In this document: piece by piece, positions 27,713 through 40,420 of the stretch
Position numbering within the stretch: position 1 is the stretch's first letter
How the letters are laid out: each line of letters starts with the position of its first letter
Assembly (NCBI GenBank): GCA_951406725.2
Contig: OX597826.1
Span: forward strand, 33,976,001-34,040,000
DNA from: Octopus vulgaris
Taxonomy: Eukaryota
Length of the DNA stretch: 64,000 nt
Direction of reading: 5' to 3'
The notes under the pieces: generated by a model
Told to the model about the DNA's origin: nothing
What the model saw: only the letters and a program-made list of their open reading frames with translations
Database searches by the model: none
Translations under genes and position numbers: made by a program

Positions 27713-28091
27713 GTATGTATGTATGTATGTATGTGTGTATGTATGTAAGTATGTGTGTATGTATGTATGTATGTATAGATATCTACATATGTAAAGAGGT
27801 GTGTGAGTGTGGTTCTATAAAAGGTGAGACTGCGCGTTTGCGATGTAAAGCAACCCCCATACTAATGTGGCATTTTGAATAGAAAACTATCGGGATTGTA
27901 GTAACATATGAATTAGTCCAGTAAAAATTTTATAACAAGCATTTTATATGCCATAAAATGTTTAGCTTTATGTAATGGAAGTTAATGGACATTGCTAAGG
28001 AATGTTTGGAGGTTGTCTCACAGTTTATGTCTTGGCATTAACAGAGATATTGTCAGCATTGGTGCTATTAAAAAAAGGAGTAGACTATAAT

Positions 28092-28133
<42 letters not shown>

Positions 28134-28266
28134 CTATCTATATCTATATATATATATATACACATACATAAACACACAACCACATATATACATGTATGTA
28201 TGTATGTATGTATGTATGTATATATATATGTGTGTGTGTATATATATATGCATATATATATGTATA

Positions 28267-28362
<96 letters not shown>

Positions 28363-28547
28363 CTCACACATATAGATGTATACTATAGCGATAAGGAACG
28401 AATTTTTATAATAATAATTATTATTATCAATGCTACCATTATACATTCGTGCTTATACACGTTTTTACATAGGTATGCAAGCATACATATGCATTGCCAT
28501 TAATACATACGTACGTACACATAGATGTGTATACGTATATATGTATA

Positions 28548-28581
<34 letters not shown>

Positions 28582-28756
28582 AGTAAAATATAAATATATA
28601 TCTATTGATATATTTCTATTTACCTTTCAGCCTGCCTCTCTATATGTGTATATAGTTAGATATCCATTTGTATATATTTCTTATTTCTTATGTTTTATTA
28701 ATACACTTACCATATAATATTATATACATATCTCTTTGTGTTTTCATGTTTGGATC

Positions 28757-28820
<64 letters not shown>

Positions 28821-29555
28821 GTATATATATGAATCTCTCATTTTCTCTCTCTCTCTCTCTCTGTATTTATTCACACACACACACACACACACACAAATAT
28901 ATGTATGTATATGAAATAGAGAATTTTTTCTCCTTTTCCTTTCACTGCATGTGTATATATGTGTGTGAGAATGTAAGGAGATGGAGACGTAAAGATATAT
29001 CTATACACCTTTTTAGAGAAGGTAAACAACCATATACTTTTGCTCATATACATGCATATGGACACACGTATGAATGTCCACGTACGCGTGCATCCATGTG
29101 CAAGTATGTACACACACACACATATTTGAGCATTTATGTGTAGGTACGTGTTTATGTGTGAGCATCTTACACAAACTAAAATACCAATCTGAATATAGAA
29201 TTTTGAAACGACAAGGACTCAGTCCTCGGAAATATCTGAAACATAAAGTATTTGTTTGATAAAGAGACTGTACAGCAAATAGTACCACGTGGGTGGCGTA
29301 GTGATGTGGGGGGTGGGAGGAAAAGGTGATATTTATCAATGGAGACAGACAAGTACTAGATACCAGAGACAACCCCCTACACTACCCACTTTCTATACCT
29401 CAGTAATTCATACATCAATAATGTTTCACAATATGTGCTTTGGTAAATTATTGCTTCGGCAAAGATGAGTGCAACAAAGTGTAAACATAGGGGCAACAAA
29501 AACTTGAAAAATAAACACCAGAAGATATATCTATATATATCTATCTATCTATCTA

Positions 29556-29624
<69 letters not shown>

Positions 29625-29738
29625 GTATATATATGTGTATGTATGTGTGTATATATATGTATGTATATATATATATATACACACATATATATATATATAT
29701 ATACATACAAAATTATATACATACATATGTATATATAC

Positions 29739-29770
<32 letters not shown>

Positions 29771-30630
29771 TTATGTATGTGGGTGTGTATGTATGTATGC
29801 GAGAGTGAGTGAGAGAGAGAGAAAAGGAGAGTCAGATTAAGATGCTGAGTATATAAAGAAGAAAGATATACTGCAATAAAATGGAGCTGTACAAGAAACG
29901 GGTCAGCTAGTTGATGCCCATTATAGGACTTCAGCGTGAAATTATTTCCCCATATAAAGCGGAGATAATTTGAAGAGTGCATAATGGCTGTAAGAGCTGT
30001 CAATGCTTATCAGCCATTGGTTATTGTTGTGTTGTGTGTTGAAGAAGACAGTAAAAGATCAGCGCTCGTTTCCCCGCCATCCCTTGGCGAAGAATTTGAA
30101 AAAAAAAAAAGATTGTTATATAAAGATAATGTGTCAGACATGTCTGTGTTCGTGCAAAGATGCTTTTATAAGCGTAAACATACTAAATATCGACTAAAGC
30201 AGTATTTTCAAGCATTTCTTTTCTATGGACACTTTAATTCCTATTTAACTCTAACGGACCCTCATAGCCATTTGATGTTTAAAAAATCCGATTTCATTAT
30301 TATTGTTATTGTTGTTAAATATTATAAGCAATTGTATAAAAAATTCAAATATTTTGTGTATTGTAGAAGCAAAACCAATTTATCGCAGACAAATTTTAAC
30401 AACAAAATCTTATATGGGACCTACAAGAGCCATATGGACCACTTATCTTTTCCATTTACTTGTTTCCGTCAGTGAGTACTGGAATCGGTTTTATATATAA
30501 ATACACACACACACACACGCACACACACACAAACGCAGTGTTATTCTCCTGTCTGTATTCTTCTATCTACAATTTTATTCCTTATAAACTCTGAATTTCC
30601 CTGTCTAGAACTTTCATACTAACTCACTTT

Positions 30631-30706
30631 GTCTCTGATGACGGAACACTCTGAGTACGGACATACTAGCCTATCACTAGGGATATCCCAGAAACAGCTG
30701 TAAGAC
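30631..30706 (+). ncRNA. Type-I hammerhead ribozyme with extended, partly decayed stem II
   Basis: GTCT-CTGATGA-(49 nt)-GAAA-CAGCTG-TA-AGAC. Stem I is GTCT/AGAC, stem III is the palindrome ACAGCTGT and the cleavage triplet is GUA. ATTAAA lies 5 nt downstream and the cassette ends in (TA)n at ~30780. Confidence 0.7.
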
Positions 30707-31444
30707 TTCAAATTAAATATTCTAAATGACTTGAGATACTCGTCCTAAATTGGTTTTGTTGTCCTTTTTTCCTCTAAGGAATATATATATATAAACAACT
30801 TACTGTAAATAAAACCAAGGGTGCGATGCGTTCCTTTAATAATAAGGTTTTAAAAAAATGTATAGTAAATGAACAAACGAAAAACAGACGTAGAATGGCA
30901 AGTTAAAGTACATATAGTAAATGCACAGTTATCGGCCAGAGAGTCAAATGCAATTTCGTGCCTTTAACGATAATATTATTTCCCTTCTAATGGCACCGGA
31001 AAGAGCTGCCGGAAAAATGGGATCGAGAATAGACAAACAATACATGGATAAGAAGCAATACAGAAGTGGACATACAGAAATGAACAATATAATTCAAGAC
31101 GTGACCGTTAGTGGACGGACGAGGGACAGAAATGAAATAAATAAATAAGCAGAATGTGGCCTTATGGCTAGGAAAAGATGAAGCATGGGTAACACTAATA
31201 GGGAAATCCCAAAGGATCAGAAACAGAAGGGCAACAGACAGCGAAACAGGTTGAAGTGGAGACTAGAGAAATTACGACAGGTTGCTTCAACGGCCGGCGT
31301 AAAAAAGGGAAGGAGAAAAGAGGGGAAAAAAGGCTGATAACCGGTTACGTATCAGTAGCGGGCAGAAGAGAAAGAGTGTGAGAAGGAGAGAGGGAGAGAA
31401 AGGCAGAAACATAAAGAGAATATATATATAATATATATATGCAT

Positions 31445-31493
<49 letters not shown>

Positions 31494-31514
31494 TATATAT
31501 GTGTATATATATAT

Positions 31515-31547
<33 letters not shown>

Positions 31548-31654
31548 TTCGAGTAGCGTGCATATTGTGAAAAAATATGGTTAATGGACAATATGTCCAA
31601 TTTTTCGGCATATCTGGCATTAGACATTTTTTCGTTTGCCCTTAATTATGAATT

Positions 31655-31703
<49 letters not shown>

Positions 31704-31924
31704 TATAGTCAATTTAGGGTAGCAAAAAATTCAATAGAAATTTATCGCTACCAGCGGCCCAGTGGAAAAGAGAAAATAGTAAAAGACTAAATATATAAAT
31801 ATAACAATTTAGGAGTGACCTTAACAGGCCATTCGTCCACCAGAAAGAGCAGCCATAACTCACACCGCCAAGTAGTAGTAATTCAGAAATTAGGTGAAAA
31901 TTTAAAATCATTTACCCTAATTCA

Positions 31925-32026
31925 TCTTTTAGACGATGCATCGTTTCTGTGTTATTAATGATTAAATTAGCTTAATTAAATTAAATTAAGCTAATCTACC
32001 ATAGGTCACACTTCATCAGTAAAAAA
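31925..32026 (-). ncRNA. Type-I hammerhead ribozyme (minus-strand twin of 32254-32355)
   Basis: Reverse complement of the plus-strand copy, identical across the motif by eye. Confidence 0.75.
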
Positions 32027-32253
32027 CATGGGAGAGACAAATATACACGAGGCCGCTGGTAGCGATAAATTTCTATTGCATTTTTTGCTACCCTAAATTG
32101 ACTAATTGATAATTTTCTGAATAATTCTGAGATTGAATCGGCAGTTTATATTTACTGCTAAGTTTGGCGCGAATACGTCGGTCTTGAAAATTTTAAGACA
32201 GATATTCCGGAGGCATCGATACAGACGCCTCGTGTATATTTGTCTCTCCCAGG

Positions 32254-32355
32254 TTTTTTACTGATGAAGTGTGACCTATGGTAGATTAGCTTAATTTAAT
32301 TTAATTAAGCTAATTTAATCATTAATAACACAGAAACGATGCATCGTCTAAAAGA
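32254..32355 (+). ncRNA. Type-I hammerhead ribozyme with long stem II
   Basis: TTTTTTA-CTGATGA-A-GTGT...ACAC-A-GAAA-CGATGCATCG-TC-TAAAAGA. Stem I is 7 bp (one GU), stem III is a 10-nt palindrome and the triplet is GUC (cut after 32348). Stem II contains a 15-bp hairpin TAGATTAGCTTAATT/AATTAAGCTAATTTA. Confidence 0.75.
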
Positions 32356-32834
32356 TGAATTAGGGTAAATGTTTTAAAATTTTCACCTAATTTCTGAATT
32401 ACTACTACTTGGCGGTGTGAGTTATGGCTGCTCTTTCTGGTGGACGAATGGCCTGTTAAGTCACTCCTAAATTGTTATATATATGCATATATATATAATA
32501 TATATGCATATATATATTTATATATAAGCACAGACATGCACGAGTACATATAAAAGCACACACACACGTGTATATATATTTATACACACACACACACACA
32601 CACACACACTCATATATAAAGTATTTATTTCGATAACTCATGTACTTATACTTTCTTAACGGACATTTGAAAAATACTTGAAAACTAAATATTCTAAAAA
32701 TAAATACCTACCATTTATTCACCAATTGAAATCTAATAAATGTTTAAAATGAAGAAAATATATTAGAATCTTTTTCGTCATTCACATGGTTTCCATAATG
32801 AGTTTTTTAAGTCACGCTTAATTAATTGTCTCTA

Positions 32835-33411
32835 CAGTAATCCTTCGACTATGGCGGCTGTTACGTTCCAAACAACCCCATGCGATTGGTGAAAATCTGC
32901 GAAGTAGAATCAGTACTGTACTGTACATTCTTCTTTTATTATCTCCAATTTAGCGAGGACGGGGGTATTGCTTTCTGTCGTGTTTATTTGTCCGTGGACC
33001 AGATATCTCAAGAACCGCTGGATGAATTCGGATGAAACTTTCAGGTATGTTTGGCCTTGTGATTAGCACGAACCGATTAGATTTTCGGATCGATCCGATA
33101 CTGGACAAGGATTCTGGATTATTTTTTCTGTCTTTTACTTAATTTTTGAGAGCGGCCATTTTCATATTTAGTATTCTCGTTTATTCAGTTTATTTCAGAT
33201 ATTCTCATTTTAAAAACCATCTCTGGCTAATCGTTGAGAGGACATCGGCGCTGCCTTGTCAGAGGTTTGCGCTTTCTGAGTACTCTTGTTATTTTCATAA
33301 TTTGTATATATTTATTTTATTATAAATGCAAAACAACACCACGGAAGAATCAACGTAAGCTTAAGTAATAAATCGCGATAGGTGGCCCCGCGATATGACG
33401 AGTGATTGCTG
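32835..33411. mobile_element. Tc1/pogo(Tigger)-like MITE with nested insertion
   Basis: Left end TA-CAGTAATCCTTCGACTATGGCGG; right end reverse complement TA-CAGCAATCACTCGTCATATCGCGG. TA target duplication. Confidence 0.7.
32936..33290 (+). mobile_element. Helentron-associated (DINE/HINE-like) non-autonomous element nested in the MITE
   Basis: Begins TTATTATCTCC in a T run, has internal GATATCTCAAGAACCGCTGGATGAATTCGGATGAAACTTT, and ends CCTTGTCAGAGGTTTGCGCTTTCTGAGTACTCTTGTT (sub-terminal repeat plus 3' hairpin pattern of HINEs). Confidence 0.65.
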
Positions 33412-34039
33412 TATCTTCAAATATTTTTGTACATAGTATATTCGAAATAAACACACACACGCACGCACACACACACACACACACATACACAAGACCAAAG
33501 AGTTCTAAGTAAACGTAACAAAATGCACACCTTTTATTACATTCAATTTAGACGGATTCTTTAAATTAACATCTTGATGGAATTCCCTTACCATTTCATA
33601 TGATACAAAATCCTTCACATAGAGTTCGACTTATGATCTTTGTTTCTTTTTATGTGTTACAGGTGAAAATATAGATCTTGAACAGTATGCCTAGATATAA
33701 GACTACATTCTTTCAAAATGAATTGTCTCAGCTTTCTCAGGCCAAACAATAATATCATTTCATCGTCTATTATTTGGACATACAGTTTATAGTTATTATA
33801 TTTAGTAACATTTGGCATCAGGGTCTTTGACTGTCACAATGGTTTATTATTTCAACTGATACACTTGAAAGACGTCTGGTTCTCTCGGAATTGGGAATGC
33901 ATTTGATATTATCTTCCTAATCATAAACTTGTGTAAATTAAGTGAGAATATTCTGGAGACTTCCACTTTCTAAATGTTTCCCTTGCGTTTTACGTAGTTT
34001 CGCTCCCAGCCTTTAGGAAATGCGATGAATAAAGACTGA

Positions 34040-34247
34040 TTTCAAATTTTGGCAGAAGGCCAGCAAGTTCGTGGGAAAGGAATAGATTACATCGACCCTA
34101 GTTCTCAGCTGGTATTTATTTTATGTACCCCGAAAAGATGAAAGGTAAAGTCGACCTCGGTGAATATGAACTCAGAACTTAAAGACGGAAGAAATACAGC
34201 TAAGCATTTAGCCCAGCACGTTAACGATTCTGCCAGCTCGACCGCCT
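34040..34247 (-). mobile_element. SINE family A, full length
   Basis: TTCAAATTTTGGCA...ATCGACCC...CCCGAAAAGATGAAAGGTAAAGTCGACCTCGG...GAACTCAGAAC...AACGATTCTGCCAGCTCG.CCGCC. Confidence 0.9.
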
Positions 34248-34684
34248 GAGGCAATGAACAAGTATTTAAAAAGAATTCTATTGTTTGCTGTCTATACGGC
34301 TGTTTCGAATCTGTTCTGAATATTTGATTTCTGACAGCAACAATACTGTGATGCCAGTGATGCTGAAATTTTAGGCTTGATGCTTATATGAATTTGATTA
34401 AATTTGATATCTACCTTGGAGAGTGCAAGCAAGTCTGTCGTTAAGAAATTCAATTTCTAGCCACATTATTCCGAGTTCAGTCTTACTGCGTGTCATCTTG
34501 GAAAGTGTCTTCTTCTCTAGACCCAGATTTATCAAAATCTTTTGAGCTGGCATGGTACAAGGTGGGGCAGAGAGGACGGACGTTTTTGAAATGGCTATTA
34601 CTTAGCCCCAGTGGGAGGGATATATGTCTGACAGGTACCATTCGGTCTGTGGTGTCTCAGCATTTTGTTTTGTTAGGCGGAGCC

Positions 34685-35136
34685 ATGGCCCCGTGGACAA
34701 CAGAGCATCGTGTGTTTGCCTACGACAGTTACGTGAAGAATAACGAATGTCACAGCAGTTCAGTGTGAGTTTTGGCGTTACTTCAACATTCACCAAAATC
34801 AGGCTGTTCCCACCCGTAACACAATGTTATGTTGGGTGAATGCACTTCGTACATGAGGTACACTAATGAATAGGAGGTTGGTGGTGGGGGGCACGAACGG
34901 TACGAAGCCAGAAAAATGTGGAACACGTCTGAACAAGGTTTGAATCTGAATCGCTCTGCTCAGAGGCATTCCACTGAACTTGGCATCGGTAATCGATCGT
35001 TAAGGCGTATTTTGCACGAAGACCTGCATTTCCACCCATACAAATTGGTCATTGGGTAACAGCTGAAACCATGGGACTATGCACAACGGCTTAACTTTGC
35101 ACGTCAGATGGATGCAATTATTGAGGCAAATGACAG
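34685..35136 (+). mobile_element. Tc1/mariner transposase pseudogene, N-terminal half (DUF4817-type HTH)
   Basis: MAPWTTEHRVFAYDSYVKNNE..VTAVQCEFWRYFNIHQNQAVPTRNTMLCWV..., then RSAQRHSTELGIGNRSLRRILHEDLHFHPYKLVIG*QLKPWDYAQRLNFARQM. Confidence 0.85.
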
Positions 35137-35336
35137 TAGCAGCATTTCCATTATTGTCTTTAAAGAAGGATGGACTAATGACAGCAGCTTTTCCAGCAGC
35201 ACACCAAACCGTCACTTTTGGGTCGTGCAGTGGTCCTTCGTGCAGTTCTCTCAGATTTTCAAGAATCCAATAACGACAATTCCGTTGATTCATCAGGCCA
35301 TTGAGATGAAAACGAGCCTCATTAACTATTATTAAT
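35129..35336 (-). mobile_element. Same transposase, next segment, inverted
   Basis: Minus strand LIIVNEARFHLNGLMNQRNCRYWILENLRELHEGPLHDPKVTVWCAAGKAAVISPSFFKDNNGNAATV (cf. SDEAHFHLNG.VNKQNCR.W...PLH..KVTVWC...IGP.FF). Confidence 0.85.
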
Positions 35337-36569
35337 CTGTAATTAATATTTAGAATTGGTACTGAGCAAGTTTATCTTTCGACAGTAATACACACACACA
35401 CACACACATATATATATATGCATACACACACACACATATATATATATATATACACACATACATATACATACCATATACATATATATACATATACATATAT
35501 TTATGTTTGTGTACGCATGTCTGTATGTATATGTGTGCCTCGTTGTATTCTTATCCTGGCATAGGGCGATAATTGTGAACGAGTGTTTCAGTCATACAAG
35601 CGGTGTCATTTACCCCCCCCCCCCAATCTTCCGTGAAAATATATCTTGACTTGTTGAAATATATTCCTTCTTTGGGAAGTGGTAAGAGTTAGCGACCAGG
35701 AAATCATCCAGCAGTAGAAAACATATTTGTAAGAATTCCTTCTAACTTATGCAGGCATGAGAAAGTAAATATGATCATCATGATGATTTGTTACGCATGC
35801 AGCATCCTCTTAGCTTTCATTCTGATACGGATTTTTTAATGCTTCTCTTCAAATACAACGCAGGAATATCTGTATAGAGCTAGCCCCATACTTCTGGAAA
35901 AAAAAAAGAGAAAAAGAAATTCAAACACCACTTTGTATCAGAAAGGTGGAACTAGCTACTTGGCATTATTTGTACCAGAGTTAGTAAACGTTAAGTTTTA
36001 TCTAATGTACAACCATTACTGGGTAAACAGTATTTGATACTTTGTTATAATAACAGGACACTAAAATTTATCGAAGTATAAAAGTTGATGTCGACATTTC
36101 GGCTAGCATCTTTGAAAACAAAACCGTATCTTTTATGGATGTAAAAGTGAAAATTTATAGGTCACCAATGAAAGTTTATTGGTAAGTTATCATGTTCGAT
36201 ATCATTGGAAATCACCAGATAAATTCAAATATATATTTATTCTCTTGTGATTATTGTCAATGTATAAAAGACAATATTGTATGAAATGTTTGGATGTCAC
36301 ATTGTTAGAAGTTTTATCAAGAAATACAAAGAAAATATCGTGAAAAATGATAAATATTTAACTTAAAATGAATAAAAATACGGATGTTTAGTACAAGCGT
36401 GATTATATCGGCTTTTTATTTTTTAGAAGAATGTAGGACTTAGCAACCTTTATGCTTTTTCTAAAAGTACGAATGTTAGCTGTGTCTAGTGATGTTCATC
36501 AGATAGCAAGAGTGTTTCACGACGGATTTATCACTTCGCAATAGCATATGACACTTAAATAGAAATAAT

Positions 36570-37200
36570 CACACACACACTAAAGCACACACATATGTAC
36601 GCAAGCAAATGCACATATACACGCTTAAATACACTCAGACGTGAACAGACATTCATACACAATCTCACGCACATATATACACAAACAAATACACATATAC
36701 ATACATACACAAACACACATACACTAACGCACACACATGTACGCAAGCAAATGCACATATACATACAGACATACACAAACATACGAACATATACATACAT
36801 ATATATAAATATGTAGTGATAGACATAAACACAGACACAGACACACACATACACACACACACACAAGCATATACATTCGTTTCCATCTCCCCCCCCCCCC
36901 CATAGAGACACTCACACACACTAACGCACACACATATGCACGCAAGCAAATGCACATATACACTCAGACGTGAACAGACGTTCATACACAAACTCACGCA
37001 CATATATACACAAACAAATATACATATACATACAGACATACACAAACACACATACACACACATGAACACATACATATAACATACATGCAACAGATACAAC
37101 ATATACATACATATATATAAATATGTAGTGACAGACACAAACACACACACACACACACACACACACAAGCATATACATTCGTTTCCATCTCTCTCTCTCT
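36570..37200. repeat. Tandem duplication of a ~300-330 bp CA/TA-rich unit
   Basis: The anchors CGCAAGCAAATGCACATATA, CACTCAGACGTGAACAGAC, AATATGTAGTGA.AGACA and CAAGCATATACATTCGTTTCCATCTC each recur in the same order. Confidence 0.85.
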
Positions 37201-37515
37201 CTTCCCATACACACACATATATACACAAATGAAAAAAAAAAAACAGAAATAGAAGAAAATGGAGCACAAACAATGATCAATTCTCTGTAAATTTCCATTA
37301 ATTCTAAACTGGCAAATACAGAATCTTAGAGTTTGGCATTGAGGAATTTCTTTGCGCGTAATAGGAGTGAAATGAAACACTTTTGTTTGATGAGAGATTC
37401 AAAGTTTGAAACTTATCAACTGAAAGAGAAAGAGATAGAAAAACGCAGGCAGCTAAGTATATATATACGTATATGTGTACGTAATTACGCACACACACAC
37501 ACAAATATACACACA

Positions 37516-37547
<32 letters not shown>

Positions 37548-37899
37548 TACACACATAGCACACATATGTATGTATGTATGTATATTCGTATATATGTATG
37601 TGTGTATAAGTATGTCTATATATGAAAGCATATAAAGTAACACAGTCATACATATAGAAATTAAATCACGCTCACTTCACAAATACACATATTATACATA
37701 CACAGACAGTTACAGACGCACACACTCACACACGCACATACACACACACACACATCCCCACAGAAAAGTAAGAACAAATTGTATGCTAGAATTTTTATCA
37801 AGTATTCCATATGTTCAAGAGAATGCAATAGATCATGTAAATGGTAATTGACTATGTTTGCCAAGAATTTAAATTGACATGAGACCAAAATGCCTTCAG

Positions 37900-38340
37900 G
37901 GGTAGATTTCTCTGATTTCCTGAAAGGAAACATGAAGATGTAGCTGGCTGACTTCTTTAAACTTATCCTGTTATCATTCACAATAGTCGTAGATTTAAAG
38001 ACCGAGAAAAGAATGAGTATGTGAGAATATTTCTTGCCATCTCCTTCATATCCCAGCCCACCAGCCACCGGATGGTAAAATTGTCAAGTCGATAACTGCC
38101 TTATATACCTTGTTCTGGCATAAATAGCGTGTGTAGCATCACCGACCTCCTCGCTATATCTTCCCCTCTCTCCAGCATCACTAATATTAAGACGGTATCA
38201 GCAATGGCTGTGCTTGCTCAACTGTGTCAAGCGATTCCATCTTGTTTCCAGCTCAGTAAATCTATTCTCTTAATGATTTCTGCTGCATTAAGCAATGGAA
38301 ATCATCTGATGAATTGGATTACATTCTCTCGGCTTCACCA
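37900..38340 (-). mobile_element. Decayed RTE-like LINE fragment
   Basis: Minus-strand NKVYKAVI..TILP.G...W.M (cf. KVY.A.V..TLLYG.E.W); otherwise heavily decayed. Confidence 0.35.
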
Positions 38341-38505
38341 GTAAATTCACTAACTAATATGGACCTATAGTCTCTAGATTTGGATTCGACTGCTATGATA
38401 TGACCAGATGCGAGGAGAAAGTTCAGAAACAAGATGAAGTGAAAAAAAAATTATCTATTACAAATAGTGATGATGATGATAATGATGATGATGATGATGA
38501 TGATA

Positions 38506-38537
<32 letters not shown>

Positions 38538-38547
38538 GATGACAATA

Positions 38548-38727
38548 ATTCTTTCTACAAGGCTTGCAATTTTGGAAGAGTGGGTCAGTCGATTACATCG
38601 ACTCCAGTATTTATTTTGTGAGCTCCGAAATGCAAAGATCTCAATGGAATTTGAACTCAGAACGCAAAGGCAGACGAAACGCCATTAAACATTTTGCCCG
38701 ACGCGCTAACGATTCTGCCAACTCACC

Positions 38728-38775
<48 letters not shown>

Positions 38776-39380
38776 CCTTTCTACTAAAGGCACAAGGCCT
38801 GACATTTGGGGGAGGGGTACAGTCGATTACATCAACCCCAGTTCTCAGCTGGTACTTAATTTATCGACCTGGAAAGGATGAAAGATAACGTCGACCTCGG
38901 TGGAATTTGAACTCAGAACGTAATGACCGGTGAAATACCTATTTCTTTACTACTCACAAGGCGCTAAACATAGAGGGGACAAACAAGGACAGACAATAGG
39001 ATTAAGTCGATTACATCGACTCCAGTGCGTAATTGGTACTTATTTAATTGACCCCAAAAGGATGAAAGGCAAAGAAGATCTCGGCGGAATTTGAACTCAG
39101 AACGTAGCGGCAGACGAAATACTGCTAAGTATTTCGCCCGGCGTGCTAACGATTCTACCAGCTCGCCAATAATTAGAATAATGATAATAATAATGATGAT
39201 AATAATAATAATAATAATAGTTTCAAATTTTAGCACAAAGCCAGCAATTTGGAGGGAGGGGTAAGCTGATTACATCGATCCCAGTATCCGACTGGTACTT
39301 ATTGTATCCACCCAGTAAGGATGAAAGGCAAAGTCGACCTCGGTGGAATTTGAACTCAGGGCGTAAAGAACTCAGAACGT
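38548..39380 (-). mobile_element. Four head-to-tail SINE family A copies, mostly separated by (AAT)n
   Basis: Copies at ~38548-38728, 38775-38940, 38941-39168 and 39219-39380. Each has GATTACATC.AC..CAG and GGAATTTGAACTCAG; the 3' tails differ between copies. Confidence 0.9.
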
Positions 39381-39679
39381 AAAATCTATCAATGTTGAAT
39401 CTAGTGGGTTGGTGGATGTTAATGTCTCCAGTACTTTACTGGAACTTCATGTTATCAAACTCGGAAAAATAAATTCTGAAGTTATAAAGCAAGGACTGCA
39501 GTGAATATATTTATATCCCTGTGCAGATCTTAATCCCTTCGGACTGAATCAATGCTCGGAGTAGTTGGAGAAATTGTCCAAGTACAAGAATCTTGTCGCT
39601 GAAATAAGCAAAAAGGGAAATATCAGAATATAAACAGGGTCGATAATAATTGAAACCCTGGATATCTTCTAGCGCTTAC

Positions 39680-39828
39680 GTGTTTTACTCATTAGACTGC
39701 GACCATGCTGGGGCACAGCCTTGAAGAATTTTAGTCAAACGAATCGACTCCAGCCGCTAAGTTACAGGGACGTAAACACACCCACACCGGTTGTCCAGCG
39801 GTGATGGAGAACACACACACACACACAG
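39680..39828 (-). mobile_element. SINE family B, 3' part with internal deletion
   Basis: GACTGCGACCATGCTGGGGCAC.GCCTTGAAG...CCGCTAAGTTAC.GGGACGTAAACACACC..CACCGGTTGTC.AGCG. Confidence 0.75.
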
Positions 39829-39829
39829 T

Positions 39830-40420
39830 CTCCATCTCCACAAGATACTTCCTCATCTGCTGTGGTCGTATGGCATGTGGTAGACCAGCACGAGCCGTCA
39901 ACCGAGTCGAATCCTCAGTAAAGAGAACACGGCAAGCAGGGTCTAACTCGGAAAATCGAGCAACATGGCCATACAGTCTGCGCTAGCGCTCCCGAATCAC
40001 ACAAATCCAGATAAAGGTAAGCCATAGTCCGGCGAAGCATCCTGGTACCGTTTGCCTTTTTAACAATGTCGGAAAAAGATATTTGTAATAATAGTCTGGT
40101 TCAGAAAAGAATCCACACAGCATCCCATCCAACTCTCAATAATTAAAAAATTCGGCCTCACATCAGTTTTTCAAGTCAGGAAATTCCTTTATCCCACTAA
40201 TCTCAAAACAAAATTGTACAAATCCAGAGAAATGGATCTGTATGTTTTGCAAACAATTTGCACATGCAAATGCTACCAGTCGAAAGCTCCGCATACACCG
40301 GAAGCCAGCAAGCGTATGGGGTCATCAGGAGAGAATGCACGCCGTTTCGCGGCCTACCTCTCGACGGCATCAATGGCCACCGCCCCTGATCTCACTGATA
40401 TGAAGCCCCGTTTGCTAGAA
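39830..40420 (-). mobile_element. Decayed RTE-type LINE fragments
   Basis: Minus strand RMLRR...VIRER*RRLYGHVARFSELDPACRVL...AGLPHA (cf. IR.RQLR..GHVAR....DPA..VL...RGRP). Upstream remnants resemble the RT region. Confidence 0.6.

Larger units (their letters stand above)
31706..32480. mobile_element. Non-coding ribozyme-bearing element with interleaved inverted repeats, inserted in (TA)n
   Basis: Arms 31799-32053 and 32227-32480 are ~255 bp with about 4 differences. Arms 31706-31759 and 32051-32104 are 54 bp with 1 mismatch. (TA)n lies on both sides. Confidence 0.9.
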
